A DNA stretch of 64,000 bases from an uncultured delta proteobacterium (GTDB lineage Bacteria > Desulfobacterota > BSN033 > UBA1163): positions 1,174,140-1,238,139 of the forward strand of contig CAWHBU010000003.1 in assembly GCA_963827685.1 (NCBI GenBank). The letters are read 5' to 3'. Below are positions 29,425-40,283 of this stretch, in pieces (position 1 is the first letter of the stretch; each line of letters begins with the position of its first letter). The notes under the pieces were generated by a model. That model saw only the letters and a program-made list of their open reading frames with translations. It was not told the origin of the DNA and searched no databases. A program made the translations under genes and the position numbers.

Positions 29425-32400
29425 CTATGTGCCCTCCCGAATGCCGTCCGTGGCATCCACGGCCTTCGAGTTCTCGGCCTTGGGTAGGTGGTCAGTGGGT
29501 CGGGCCCACCAGACGTAAAAGGTTGGCAGCAGAAAGATGCTCAGCACAAGGTCAGTGATCAATCCGCCTACGATGACGATGGCAAAGGGCCGCTGCGAAT
29601 CGGATCCGATGGCGTGGGACATGGCCGCAGGCAGCAGACCCAGCGTGGCCACCAGCATGGTCATCATGATCGGTCTGAGCCGGCGCGTTGCCCCTTCAAT
29701 GGCGGCATCAACGATCGAATAGCCTCTCACACGCAGCTGATTGATGTATACCACCATAATGACGCCAATCTGCACAGACACCCCAAACAAAGCGAGGAAA
29801 CCTACCCCTGAGGAGACGCTGAAAAGCGTGCCCGTCACGAGCAATGCCAGAAAACCTCCGATAGGAGCCATGGCCACGTTGACCAAATTGAGACAGGCCC
29901 ACTTGGCGGAGCCGAAGGCGCCGTAAATAATCATGAATATGAGGAAGATCGTCAAGGGCACGATGATGAGCAGCCGCGCCTCGGCCCGCTTCTGGCTTTC
30001 GTACTCACCCAGCCAACTGATGGAGTATCCCGGCGGCAACTTCACCTGTTTGTCTACCTTCGCGATTGCCTCCTCGACGGTGCTGCCCAGGTCACGGCCC
30101 CTGACGCTGTACTTGACTGCCACATAGCGTTGGTTCCCTTCACGATAGATTTGTGCCGCGCCGTCCCGCGTTTCCACCCTGCAGAGCTGCGCCAGCGATA
30201 CGCGTTCGCCCGAGGGCGACAGTAAGCGAACCTTCTCAAGCGCTTCCTTTGTGTCGCGGTACGGGGGAAGATAGCGCATAACGAGGTCATACCGCCGCTC
30301 GCCCTGAAGGACCTGGGTGAGGGCATTGCCGCCGACGGCGGTCAGAACTGCATCCTGTACATCAGCAACGTTGATCTGATACCGGGCGGCCTGTTTGCGG
30401 TCGACGATGAAGTTCAGGTTGGGCTGCCCGACGACGCGAAAGAGCCCGAGGTCCTCGATACCCCGGATTTGCTGCATAATCTTGACGATCTTATCGCCTT
30501 TTTCCTCGAGCACCTTCAGGTCATCTCCATAGATCTTCGTGGCGAGCTGCCCTTTGACCCCGCTCACCGCCTCCTCCATGTTGTCCTGAATGGGCTGAGA
30601 GAAGTTCCAGATCGCGCCGGGGATCTTTTTGAGCTCCCGATTCATGGCGGCGATGAGTTTCTCTTTGTCCTGGTGAAAGACAGGCCGCCACTGTTCCTTC
30701 TGCTTCAGGTTGACGCAGTATTCGGTGTTGAAGAATCCCGTAAAGTCCTGTCCATCATCGGGTCGTCCCACCTGACTGGTCGTCACGGTGACCTCGGGAA
30801 AGGAGGCGAGCACCACCCGGGCCTGGTTCGCCACCCGGATGCCCTCGCTCGGTCCGGTGCTGGGCGCAAGGGTGCCGCGCACCCAGATCGCACCCTCATC
30901 CAGGTGGGGCAGGAATTCCGATCCGATCACGCCGCTCGTCGCCAGATGAAGACTGGAACAGACGGTGAGTACCGCAACGCCGGCCATCACCCAATGGTGA
31001 TGGACGGACCAGGTCAGACACTGGCGATACCATTTCGTGAGCCAGACAATCACCGGGTTGTGCCACTCGGGGGTTTCCTTGCGGAATAAAAAGCTTACGA
31101 GGACTGGCGCGATCGTCATGGAGAAGACCAGTGCGCCCAGGAGCGCAAACGCCACGGTCCAGGCCATGGGCCTGAACAAGCGGCCTTCCACCCGCTGCAG
31201 GGTGAAAATGGGTATGTAGCCGCTGATGATAATGATCATGGCGTAGAAGACAGGTCTCTGCACTTCGTGCGCGGCAGCCCGAATTCTATCCTTCACTGAC
31301 GAAGTCGCATCCTTATCGCCCAAGTGGCGGAAGATGTTTTCGACCATCACTACCGCCCCGTCCACCACCATGCCGAAGTCGAGCGCTCCCAGGGAGAGCA
31401 GATTTGCCGGGATCTTTCTCAGGTCGAGACAAATGGACGCGAATAATAACGAGAACGGAATGGTCATCGCGACAACAAGCGCAGCCCGAATATTTCCGAG
31501 AAAGAGGAGCAGCACAACCGTGACGAGGATGAGGCCTTCAGTGAGATTGTGCAGGACGGTGTGGGTCGTGTAGTGTACGAGGTCGCCTCGATCGTTGAAG
31601 GGAACGACCTTTACGCCCGGGGGCAGAATCTTTTCGTTCAGCTCCTGCACCTTCTTGTGGACGCCCTCGATGGCCGAGTCGAATTTGGCGCCCTTTCGCA
31701 TGAGCACGATGCCCGAGACGACGTCATCGTTGTCCATGATCTTCCCGTCCGAGCGATGAATCGCCCTGCCGAATTGACCGAGCCGGATCTTGGGACCCTG
31801 TGAGACGACGGCGATGTCCTTGACCCGCACCGGCGTGCCGTTCTTTGTCGTGATGACCGTATCCTCAATGTCGGTGGTAGTGCGGATCAACCCAACCGCG
31901 CGCACATTGATCTGCTGCATGCCCGCCTCGATGAAGCTTCCGCCCGCATTCACATTGTTGTTGGCGAGCTGCTGTTCCACCTGGCCGATGCTGAGCCCGT
32001 AAGAGACGAGCTTGGCAGGATCGACGCGAACCTGGTACTCACGGGTGGGACCGCCGAAGACCGAGACGTCCACCACATTCGGCACTGTCTTGAACTGTTT
32101 CACCAGTAGCCAGTCCTGGAGGGATTTCAATTCCATCGCGTCATATTGCGGATTCGTGCTTCTCAGGGTATAGAAGTAGATCTGGCCGACCGGACTGAAG
32201 TCGGGGCCAATGTTGGGCTGCAAATTAGGCGGAAGGTTAACCATGGAGATCCGCTCCAGGACCTTCTGCCGGTTCCAGGCATTGTCCGAATCGTCGTCGA
32301 ACCAGAGGATCACGACGGACAACCCGGCAATCGTTACAGAGCGCAGGTGGGTGAGCTGCGGGATGCCGTTCATCACGTTTTCAAGGGGAATGGTAACCTG

Positions 32401-32589
32401 CTGCTCCACTTCCTCCGCGGCCCGGTCGGGCCACTGCGTGATGACCCAGGCATAATTGTTCGCTACGTCAGGGTACGCTTCGACAGGAAGACGGTGGAAG
32501 GCGATAATGCCTCCGGCAAACAGCAGAAGAGCAAAAGCCACTACGAAAGGGCGTTTGTTCAGGGCAAAATCGACAATAGCGCGAATCAT
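29425..32589 (-). CDS. CusA/CzcA heavy-metal RND permease
   Basis: EAYPDV, LGALDFGMVVDGAVVMVEN and RLRPIMMT. Confidence 0.95.
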   Translation of the reverse strand: MIRAIVDFALNKRPFVVAFALLLFAGGIIAFHRLPVEAYPDVANNYAWVITQWPDRAAEEVEQQVTIPLENVMNGIPQLTHLRSVTIAGLSVVILWFDDDSDNAWNRQKVLERISMVNLPPNLQPNIGPDFSPVGQIYFYTLRSTNPQYDAMELKSLQDWLLVKQFKTVPNVVDVSVFGGPTREYQVRVDPAKLVSYGLSIGQVEQQLANNNVNAGGSFIEAGMQQINVRAVGLIRTTTDIEDTVITTKNGTPVRVKDIAVVSQGPKIRLGQFGRAIHRSDGKIMDNDDVVSGIVLMRKGAKFDSAIEGVHKKVQELNEKILPPGVKVVPFNDRGDLVHYTTHTVLHNLTEGLILVTVVLLLFLGNIRAALVVAMTIPFSLLFASICLDLRKIPANLLSLGALDFGMVVDGAVVMVENIFRHLGDKDATSSVKDRIRAAAHEVQRPVFYAMIIIISGYIPIFTLQRVEGRLFRPMAWTVAFALLGALVFSMTIAPVLVSFLFRKETPEWHNPVIVWLTKWYRQCLTWSVHHHWVMAGVAVLTVCSSLHLATSGVIGSEFLPHLDEGAIWVRGTLAPSTGPSEGIRVANQARVVLASFPEVTVTTSQVGRPDDGQDFTGFFNTEYCVNLKQKEQWRPVFHQDKEKLIAAMNRELKKIPGAIWNFSQPIQDNMEEAVSGVKGQLATKIYGDDLKVLEEKGDKIVKIMQQIRGIEDLGLFRVVGQPNLNFIVDRKQAARYQINVADVQDAVLTAVGGNALTQVLQGERRYDLVMRYLPPYRDTKEALEKVRLLSPSGERVSLAQLCRVETRDGAAQIYREGNQRYVAVKYSVRGRDLGSTVEEAIAKVDKQVKLPPGYSISWLGEYESQKRAEARLLIIVPLTIFLIFMIIYGAFGSAKWACLNLVNVAMAPIGGFLALLVTGTLFSVSSGVGFLALFGVSVQIGVIMVVYINQLRVRGYSIVDAAIEGATRRLRPIMMTMLVATLGLLPAAMSHAIGSDSQRPFAIVIVGGLITDLVLSIFLLPTFYVWWARPTDHLPKAENSKAVDATDGIREGT

Positions 32590-33734
32590 TTTAACTCCTC
32601 TTCCTTTGTGGCTTGGAGCTCCAGGGCGTTTGTACACACCTGTTGACCCGGCTGTATCCCCTTTACCTCCTGCTTACCGCTGGAAAGCATCTTCCCGCCG
32701 ACCACCTCGACGCGCCGGAATTCACCCCCTCCTGCCGGCACGAAGACCCAGTCACGATCCTGAAGATGCAGGATGGCGGTCGCTGGAACCACGGCGTGCG
32801 TCTCCTGCTGCTGGCCATGGAAGGTGGCAGTGACAAACATACCGATACGCATCAACCGCGGATTCTGCATTTCCAACCGGACCTTTGCGGTGCGGATGTT
32901 GGGGTCGAGGATCGGCGCGATATTACTGATCCGGCCTTTAAACACCTTGTCGGGATAGGCGTTCAGGCGGACATCTGCGTAATCACCCAGGCGAACGAAG
33001 GGAAAATCGTTTTCGTACACGTCGCAGATGATCCACACATGGTCGAGGTTGGCGATCGTGAAGAGGTTCGGCGAATTGTCCAGCGTCTTCACTCCGGCTC
33101 CCTCCGTCACGTTCTGCTCGATGATGACACCTGAGATGGGAGCGTAAACGTCGACGATCCCGCTCGGATGATGATCGAGGTCTGTCACACCAAGGACCCG
33201 GAGCTTCTCGACAGCGGTCTCGCGGGTGACCCTCGCTTTGGCTTCCACATCCACCGCAACCTCCAGGTCCTTCTTGGCGATCGCCCCCTTCTCGAAGAGA
33301 ACTTCGGCGCGGCCGAGCTGCGTCTTCGCCAGTGTCTCGTCGGCAACGGCCTGCCGGTAATCGGAGAAGGCCCCTGAGATGTCGGCGCTCCTCACCCTCA
33401 TGAGAAGCTGCCCCTTCTCCACGGTATCCCCCAGCCGCACCTTGATTTCTACCACGCGGCCAGAGGAAAGCGAGATAGCAGGCACGGTGCGCGAAACATC
33501 GGGATTCACTACGCCAGTCACGCTCAGCTCCGGCGTGGCTTTGTGCTCACCCGCCGTTGTCAGCGGAAACTGTTCCGGGTGAGCTACCTTGAACTCGATC
33601 GAATCCTGCTCGTGCTCGACCTGAGCTGGAGGCGGCGCTCCGGATGCGCCATCTGCCTCCATTTTCCGGCCGCAGCCTGCCAGAAGAAGGATCACCCCAA
33701 AACAGAGAGTTGCCGCACAAATCAAACGTTTCAT
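32586..33734 (-). CDS. RND periplasmic adaptor (CzcB-like)
   Basis: Lipobox LAGC; GDTVEKGQLL; APISGVI; DPNIRTAKVR. Confidence 0.92.
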   Translation of the reverse strand: MKRLICAATLCFGVILLLAGCGRKMEADGASGAPPPAQVEHEQDSIEFKVAHPEQFPLTTAGEHKATPELSVTGVVNPDVSRTVPAISLSSGRVVEIKVRLGDTVEKGQLLMRVRSADISGAFSDYRQAVADETLAKTQLGRAEVLFEKGAIAKKDLEVAVDVEAKARVTRETAVEKLRVLGVTDLDHHPSGIVDVYAPISGVIIEQNVTEGAGVKTLDNSPNLFTIANLDHVWIICDVYENDFPFVRLGDYADVRLNAYPDKVFKGRISNIAPILDPNIRTAKVRLEMQNPRLMRIGMFVTATFHGQQQETHAVVPATAILHLQDRDWVFVPAGGGEFRRVEVVGGKMLSSGKQEVKGIQPGQQVCTNALELQATKEEELK

Positions 33735-35011
33735 TCCATAACCTCCCGACCCACCGCGAGATTCAATTGAGCCGAGGCAGACAAGTAAGACCCAATCAGG
33801 CTCAAATAGCTTCGTTGAACATTCCGGTAGTCATTCTGTGCTTGCAGAAAATCAAGCAAAGATGCCCCGCCGCGCTCATAGGAGAAGGTCACGATATCGC
33901 GAACCGTGACGGCTTGTTGCAGGTATTTCGCCTTGTACGGTTGCAGCAAGACCAGTGTGCTCTTCAGCGTCGCATACGCGGAATCAACATCGCTGTAAAT
34001 CAGCGCTTCAGCGGCATCCCGTACCCTTTTGTTGCGCGCGATGTCCAGTTGGGTGCGCAGCCTCTCCCCCTGGTTCCTATCGAAGATGCGCAATGGAATG
34101 CTGACGCTCAAACCCACGTAAGCCCGCTTCCATGTAATAAGCCCGGGAACCTGTTCAAACGAAGGATTTAGTCCGAAATCTACGCCGATGGTTGGATCGG
34201 TCGAAGCATTTGCTTCGGCAAGCCGGTGGTTGGTCTTAGCCTGATCGATGGACTGCACTGCAGCCCTCAGGTCCGGCCTTGTCTCGAGCGCGACCCTGTG
34301 AAACTCTTCAAGTGGCAGAATTTGCTCCGAGAAGTCAAAAGGCCCCGTCACATCAAACTGTTCGACGGGCGTCCGGTCATTCAGCAACATTAGAAGCTGG
34401 ATCTTCGCCGTTCGCAGGCTTACTTCGGCGGTTTGAACGTCGGACTCGAAGGTAACGCGCTGCAATTGCAGGCGGTCCAGGTCGATTTGCGCGATATCCC
34501 CTGCTTTGAATCGTTCGGCACTCACCTGAAGCACGTGATCGTAATAAGAAAGATTTTCCTTCGCCACATCCAAAACTGCCCTTTGCTGAAGGACCTGAAT
34601 GAATGCGCTCCGCAAGGTGAAGAGGAGGCTTCTTTCCTCGTCCGCCAGTTGCGAGGTTGCGATTGCTGTTCCCTTCTCCGCGCTCTCCCGCCGCAATTGC
34701 CGCTTGTGCCGCCGCTCGAACAAATAGCTTACCGAGACTACCGGTAGCGTGTCTACCCAAGCGCGGGACGACTGCCATGGGTGGAGTTGGTCGACCGACG
34801 CCGTGAAGTTCGGGTTCGGACGCAGATAAGCGGTGATTTCCTGTGCACGGGCCTCCTCGATGCCAATCCGTGCTGCCTGCAGACTCGGATTGGCCGCCAA
34901 AAATCTCGCCCGAACCTGCTGCCATGTTAAAGCCTGCTGCGCGAACGACTCTGTGCTGAGGCAGCCCACAACTACAAACCCTATAAACAGACGCCACGCC
35001 AGACGCTTCAT
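33731..35011 (-). CDS. TolC/CzcC outer membrane factor
   Basis: ANPSLQAAR, PLRIFDRNQG and YERGGASLLDFLQAQ. Confidence 0.92.
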   Translation of the reverse strand: MKRLAWRLFIGFVVVGCLSTESFAQQALTWQQVRARFLAANPSLQAARIGIEEARAQEITAYLRPNPNFTASVDQLHPWQSSRAWVDTLPVVSVSYLFERRHKRQLRRESAEKGTAIATSQLADEERSLLFTLRSAFIQVLQQRAVLDVAKENLSYYDHVLQVSAERFKAGDIAQIDLDRLQLQRVTFESDVQTAEVSLRTAKIQLLMLLNDRTPVEQFDVTGPFDFSEQILPLEEFHRVALETRPDLRAAVQSIDQAKTNHRLAEANASTDPTIGVDFGLNPSFEQVPGLITWKRAYVGLSVSIPLRIFDRNQGERLRTQLDIARNKRVRDAAEALIYSDVDSAYATLKSTLVLLQPYKAKYLQQAVTVRDIVTFSYERGGASLLDFLQAQNDYRNVQRSYLSLIGSYLSASAQLNLAVGREVME

Positions 35012-35406
35012 GTCACCTCCCTGAGTACGTTGGTTCTCTCTTCCCACAAGGCTTCCAAGGCCATCGGGACCCGTGAACATGCGGAGTCGCACCCTCAGGT
35101 AGCACCAAGATCCATAATAACCCGATCACTACAATCGAATAAACCTATCTTTTGGCCATACGGACCCTATCTTTTGGCTATCTCTTCTTCTTAACCTTGG
35201 TAAGTTGTTCGAAAATGGATTGTTACGCCGGAGATCGTTCGATGCGACTCATTGCACTTCCACTTGGATACTTGTATAATAAAATTAAGAATCACTACGT
35301 TACAGGTGCGGCTCGGACTGTGCTTGTTCGTTGACCGGGATCGATCTATTACGACGTATCAGGCCTTCTTTCCTATTGCTCGCCCTATCATTATCCCAGG
35401 GGGGTT

Positions 35407-36816
35407 ATGAAACCGCTTCTGCGCTATTTGCAGGAAAATCCTCGCGCAGTACTCACATGCGCTGGCGTTCTCACTGCGATTATTGGTCTTGTGGACTGGT
35501 TGGTCGTTGGCAACATTTACTTCGGCACTCTCTACGCCTTCCCCATGCTGCTGGCCGGGACCGTTCTTTCGCGATGGCAAATCATCCTGGGCGCAATCTT
35601 TTGTACGGTTCTTGGTGAGCTATTCGACCCGTTCCCGTTTGCGCTCATCACCACCTTGTCGCAGAACATTTTGCTTTTCATCGCGCTTGCCGGAATGGGA
35701 TTGTATTCCCGTGAAATGACGGTAACCCGCCAGCGGGAACTGGAGAATCGCCAAAGAGTCGAAAAGGAGGTGGCCGCCCGCCGTGAGGCGGAAGAGCAAC
35801 TGGAATTTGTTATCCAGAGCAGCCCTGTCGCGATTCTTGTTATGAGCGCACGTGGAGAGATTCTTATCGGGAATCCCACGGCACACCACCTCTTTCGAGT
35901 AGGAGCGGGAGAGTTGGCCGGAAGGAATATCTCACGCTATGTTCCGGCGCTTGGCCGCGTGCCTTCTGTGGAGGACACGAGCCAAACCTTCCGAACCGAA
36001 ATGCAGTGCCGTGGGCAACGAGACAACGGGGACATCTTCCTGGCCAATGTTTTCTTTTCCACTTACAGAACGGCGATGGGGCCCCGCCTGGCTGCCCTGG
36101 TGGTAGACGCCTCCGAGGATTTACGCGATCGCGCGGAATACAGCCTCGAACAGCTTTTGGCGGGATCGCGGGTCCTTGTGGGAGCCGTTTCTCATGAGGT
36201 GAGAAATGTGTGCAGCGCTATTGCTGTCATTTATCAGAATCTCGCGCGAAACGGGGGTCTCGGGGAGAGTCCGGATTTCCAAGCTCTCGGCTCCCTAGTC
36301 GAAACGCTGAACAGGATCGCGTCTCTGGAGTTGCGACAGAGCACCGGTGGTTTCGAGGCCAAGATTGTCGACCTTACCGAGCTTCTCGACGAGGCGCGCA
36401 TTGTACTAGAACCTTATTGCGCGGAATCGGATATCACGGTGAATTGGAACATCCCTGGAAAGCTCCCTTACATCTGGGCTGATCGTCATGGCCTGTTGCA
36501 GGTGCTTCTTAACCTTACAAAAAATAGCAAGCGAGCATTGGAAGGGGCAACCCTGAAGAGAATCGATGTCTCGGTTGCCGTTGAGCATGGGATCGTTTCT
36601 ATCACGGTTGCCGACACTGGGCCGGGTATCACCTCGACCGAAAAGCTGTTTCAGCCATTACAGAAAGGCGCCGAGGCCACGGGATTGGGGTTGTTTCTTT
36701 CTCGCGCTTTCATGCGGTCTTTAAGAGGCGACCTTCGATACGATCCCGAAGCGCCAGGGTGTTGTTTCGTAATTGAACTGGCCATAGCTGGTACTGCTGA
36801 AGTAGATCACGGGTGA
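35407..36816 (+). CDS. Membrane PAS sensor histidine kinase
   Basis: TM helices, PAS domain, SHEVRN H-box, N box, DTGPGI and GLGL. Confidence 0.9.
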   Translation: MKPLLRYLQENPRAVLTCAGVLTAIIGLVDWLVVGNIYFGTLYAFPMLLAGTVLSRWQIILGAIFCTVLGELFDPFPFALITTLSQNILLFIALAGMGLYSREMTVTRQRELENRQRVEKEVAARREAEEQLEFVIQSSPVAILVMSARGEILIGNPTAHHLFRVGAGELAGRNISRYVPALGRVPSVEDTSQTFRTEMQCRGQRDNGDIFLANVFFSTYRTAMGPRLAALVVDASEDLRDRAEYSLEQLLAGSRVLVGAVSHEVRNVCSAIAVIYQNLARNGGLGESPDFQALGSLVETLNRIASLELRQSTGGFEAKIVDLTELLDEARIVLEPYCAESDITVNWNIPGKLPYIWADRHGLLQVLLNLTKNSKRALEGATLKRIDVSVAVEHGIVSITVADTGPGITSTEKLFQPLQKGAEATGLGLFLSRAFMRSLRGDLRYDPEAPGCCFVIELAIAGTAEVDHG

Positions 36817-36826
36817 GCGGGCAAGG

Positions 36827-37480
36827 ATGCAACGAATACGACTCTTATTGGTGGACGATCACCCCCTCTTCCGAGAAGGCTTGGCCCGCCTGCTGGCATC
36901 AGAGCCTGACTTCGAGATGGTTGGCCAGTGCAGCACTTCAGCCGAGGCTCTCCAATTACTCAGTCGTTCTGACGTCGATGTGGTGCTTCTGGATTTTGAC
37001 CTGGGGGACGAGCAGGGGAATCACTTCATATCGTCGGCGCGTCAAGCCGGATATGCGGGCAAGATACTCATGGTCACTGCCGGCATGAACGCGACGGAAT
37101 CTTCCATTGCATTGAAGCTCGGCGCATCAGGTATTGTCCTCAAGCATAATTCTCCGAGCACTCTGGCAAACGCTATTCGGCTAGTCGCAAATGGAGAGAT
37201 GTGGGTCGACCAGAAAGTCATTCAGCAAATGGCTGTCCGGTTCCTGCAAGGCGACCAACAGAGCCTCCCCCAAACTCTTACACAGCGGGAGGATCAAGTG
37301 CTCCAAGGCGCGTTCGAAGGGCTTACAAACAAAGAAATCGCGGCAAAAATAGGTGTATCGGAAAGTTCAGTGAAGGCAACGCTCCAGCAATTATTTCAGA
37401 AAACTGGCGTGCGAACGCGCAGCCAGCTTGTCCGAATTGCCCTCGAAGGGTCCTTCCGTATGAATAAAAGGATAGTTTAA
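36827..37480 (+). CDS. NarL/LuxR-family response regulator
   Basis: LVDDH, LLD; LTQRE...GLTNKEIA. Confidence 0.93.
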   Translation: MQRIRLLLVDDHPLFREGLARLLASEPDFEMVGQCSTSAEALQLLSRSDVDVVLLDFDLGDEQGNHFISSARQAGYAGKILMVTAGMNATESSIALKLGASGIVLKHNSPSTLANAIRLVANGEMWVDQKVIQQMAVRFLQGDQQSLPQTLTQREDQVLQGAFEGLTNKEIAAKIGVSESSVKATLQQLFQKTGVRTRSQLVRIALEGSFRMNKRIV

Positions 37481-37960
37481 CCTATGCCCTCAAGCTATCG
37501 TCCGGGAGAGGTTTAAGAACTTCAAATGCAGTTTGCTGCCACCTTCTCCAGAATGGTCTTTGTTAAATCTTCTTCGGATCCTTAATCTGTCAGATCCATT
37601 CCTGAGGCCTGAAGCGCCACGACTGTTCGGCTAAACTTTTTGGAAATCAAGAAGCTTATGCGGTCTCAATAGGATGACCCTTTTCGATTTCAATTCGCTT
37701 TGGGTCTTAACAAGGAAGAAGGAGAGGTTGAAAAGCATTCGTGAAAATAACCATTTGAAATGTTGCATTACGTGGCGAGATTTAAAAACGAAGATTACAG
37801 GAAGTACTCTTGTGCGGGGACCTTGGTAGGATTACCGTTATCCCACCCATAGTAAGGAGGATTGAGGCAGAAGAACGTACCCGGCCTGTCAAAGCAAGCG
37901 ATCAAATCCTCGTAGTGGTTGTTTTCGATAATCTCCCGAAACCAAACGTTGCGGCGAAGC

Positions 37961-38557
37961 CTATTTGCGAACCTTTTCCCGGAGCATTTTCAGAAGATGC
38001 TCCGGGGGCTTGTTCGTCAGAATCTCCCTGAACTGGGTGCGATAGTTCTGGACCAGGCTGACCCCCTCAATCACCACATCATAGACCTTCCACTGTCCGT
38101 TCTCTAAGATCATTCTATAATGGATCGGAATCGACTTCGACAACCTAAAGACCTCACTTTGAACCTCAGCGGTTTTATCTGACAGGTTAGTGACTTTGCC
38201 GAAAGCTACCTTCTCGTCTTTATACGCGATGATCCTGTCCATGTAGATGCTGCCCAGGAGTTTCCCGAAAAGACGTGTAAACTCTTCCTGTTGGTCGGGG
38301 GTGAACTGTTTCCAATGTTGGCCCAATGTCCGTTTCGAAAGCTCGGTGTAGTCGAAGACACCATCGACAATTGCCCAAATCTTCTTTTCTTTACTCTCCT
38401 TGGCGGATTCGGCCTTCAGCGCCGGATCCCGCAACACCTCCAGCGCTCGATTGACCTGTGTTTGAATGGTTTCCAGAGGGGAAGCGGCAAAGACAGAAAC
38501 CAGCGAGAGCATGAGAGCGGCAAGAGAAATGATCAACACGACGAGCGATCTCCTCAT
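37961..38557 (-). CDS. mlaC: MlaC/Ttg2D substrate-binding protein
   Basis: WKVYDVVIEGVSLVQNYRTQF. Confidence 0.9.
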   Translation of the reverse strand: MRRSLVVLIISLAALMLSLVSVFAASPLETIQTQVNRALEVLRDPALKAESAKESKEKKIWAIVDGVFDYTELSKRTLGQHWKQFTPDQQEEFTRLFGKLLGSIYMDRIIAYKDEKVAFGKVTNLSDKTAEVQSEVFRLSKSIPIHYRMILENGQWKVYDVVIEGVSLVQNYRTQFREILTNKPPEHLLKMLREKVRK

Positions 38558-38559
38558 GG

Positions 38560-39030
38560 TTATTTCTTCTCCTTTCCTTCTTTTCCGATGTCGCCGAAAG
38601 CATATTTCCCGATCAGGTCCGTGAGATCGGGGGGCGATTCGGTTTGTGTAATCACTCCTCCTGGCTTCAGGATCGAGCCCGATCCTCCTGCATCGAGACT
38701 GATATACCGATCACCAATCAGGCCCAATGTTTTGATGGACGCAATGGCATCCTCATACACCTTGATACCTTCTCTTATTTTGAATTCGGCCATGACCACC
38801 TGCTTTTCTTGATCGAGTTTGAAACCCGTGACCTCTCCGATTTCGATCCCCAACATCTCCACGGGGTTGCCGGCTCTCAATCCAGAGACCGAACTGAAGC
38901 GGGCGTAGAGAGGATACGAATCGTGGCTCAGGAGTTTAACCCTTCCGAGTTTCACGGTCATATATCCCACGCATACCAGCCCGATGAGCACAAATATTCC
39001 GGCCACTGTCTCATGACGATAGTTCTTCAT
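38560..39030 (-). CDS. mlaD: MlaD MCE protein
   Basis: FSSVSGLRAG..V...GIEIGEV and GLIGDRYISL. Confidence 0.9.
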   Translation of the reverse strand: MKNYRHETVAGIFVLIGLVCVGYMTVKLGRVKLLSHDSYPLYARFSSVSGLRAGNPVEMLGIEIGEVTGFKLDQEKQVVMAEFKIREGIKVYEDAIASIKTLGLIGDRYISLDAGGSGSILKPGGVITQTESPPDLTDLIGKYAFGDIGKEGKEKK

Positions 39031-39035
39031 CCCTT

Positions 39036-40277
39036 TTACCTCCGTATTTCACAGTAAACCCTTGCAATTTCCTTCTGGCTCGCTTCGGCCTTCTTAAAAA
39101 CGACATCAATCTCTTCACCCCCTGCTTTGCTTTCGGCGAAACCCGCGAGAATAGCGAACGGGAAACAGATGTCCTGAGGAACCTGAGCCTCTGCTTGAAT
39201 CGTGCGCAATCCCTCTTCCTGAAGATCCACGGCAAATTTTTTCAGAATTCGTTCCACCTCGTTAAGATTCGAAAAGGGAAGAAAGGTGGTAAACTGGTTC
39301 TTGCTCTGACGGGCAGAAAATCCTCCCGCACCGCCGAAATGCTTGTTGATGTATGTCCCCATCGCATTGATAACTTCCTGCCCTCGGGTGTGCCCCAGAT
39401 GTTCACAGAGTTGATCAAAGTCCTGCAGCGTGAAGAGGGCCACGGAATAGCCTTCTTGAGGGCGTTTCCGTCTGAGACCCATCTGATTCCGAGCCCTGAA
39501 TTGACGCTTGGTTTGGATTCCAGTAAGATGTTCCTGAAAATCCTCAAGGCTCTGGACGAATTCGTCGATTAAAGGATGCTCGAACTCCTCGAACTGCTCC
39601 GGCGTTCCCTGAAAAATGATCTTTCCCTGGTTGATGGCGAGGATGCGGTTCGAGATGAAGAAGACGTCCGGGACGTCATGGCTGATGAGAACCGCTGTGA
39701 AGCCGAACTGCCGCTGGTATTGAGCGATCATGCTCAAGATGGCATTCCTGCGAATGATATCCTGGCCCGTGGTGGGTTCATCAAAGAGCACCATCTTTGG
39801 ATCTATCACCAGAGCTCGGCTCAACGCCACTCGCTTCTGCATGCCTCCCGAGAGCTCTGACGGATATTTCTGGGCCACGTCCGTAAGTTCCATCTGCTCC
39901 ATTCTGGTCCTCACCCGCTCCTCAATGGCCTTCTGGCTGAGATGGGTGGTCTGCCGAAGTGGCAGGGCAATATTTTCGAAGACCGTCATCGAGTCAAAGA
40001 GGGCGTTATTCTGGAACATGTAACTGATTTGACTGAAGGTCCGATCCCGCTCGCTCTTGCTCATTTTCTCAACAGCCTGACCTCGGAACAGGATGCTGCC
40101 TTCATCGGGTGTCAGCAACCCGATAATGTGTTTGAGCAGCACGCTCTTGCCGCTGCCACTCTTCCCAATGATGGTGGTCACCTCTCCCTCATAGATCGTC
40201 AGGTCAACCTGATCGAGGACCACATGGTTGTTAAACCGCTTGCTTACTTTTTGGAATTCAATCAATGGATTTTTCAT
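39036..40277 (-). CDS. mlaF: MlaF-like ABC ATPase with a C-terminal degenerate GGDEF-like domain
   Basis: GKSGSGKS, LSGGMQKR and DEPT; about 160 aa extension. Confidence 0.85.
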   Translation of the reverse strand: MKNPLIEFQKVSKRFNNHVVLDQVDLTIYEGEVTTIIGKSGSGKSVLLKHIIGLLTPDEGSILFRGQAVEKMSKSERDRTFSQISYMFQNNALFDSMTVFENIALPLRQTTHLSQKAIEERVRTRMEQMELTDVAQKYPSELSGGMQKRVALSRALVIDPKMVLFDEPTTGQDIIRRNAILSMIAQYQRQFGFTAVLISHDVPDVFFISNRILAINQGKIIFQGTPEQFEEFEHPLIDEFVQSLEDFQEHLTGIQTKRQFRARNQMGLRRKRPQEGYSVALFTLQDFDQLCEHLGHTRGQEVINAMGTYINKHFGGAGGFSARQSKNQFTTFLPFSNLNEVERILKKFAVDLQEEGLRTIQAEAQVPQDICFPFAILAGFAESKAGGEEIDVVFKKAEASQKEIARVYCEIRR

Positions 40278-40283
40278 CGATCT

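Noticed and set aside
29488-35024. Numerous + strand ORFs over the RND genes
   Set aside because: Antisense shadows of GC-rich genes with no recognisable motifs.
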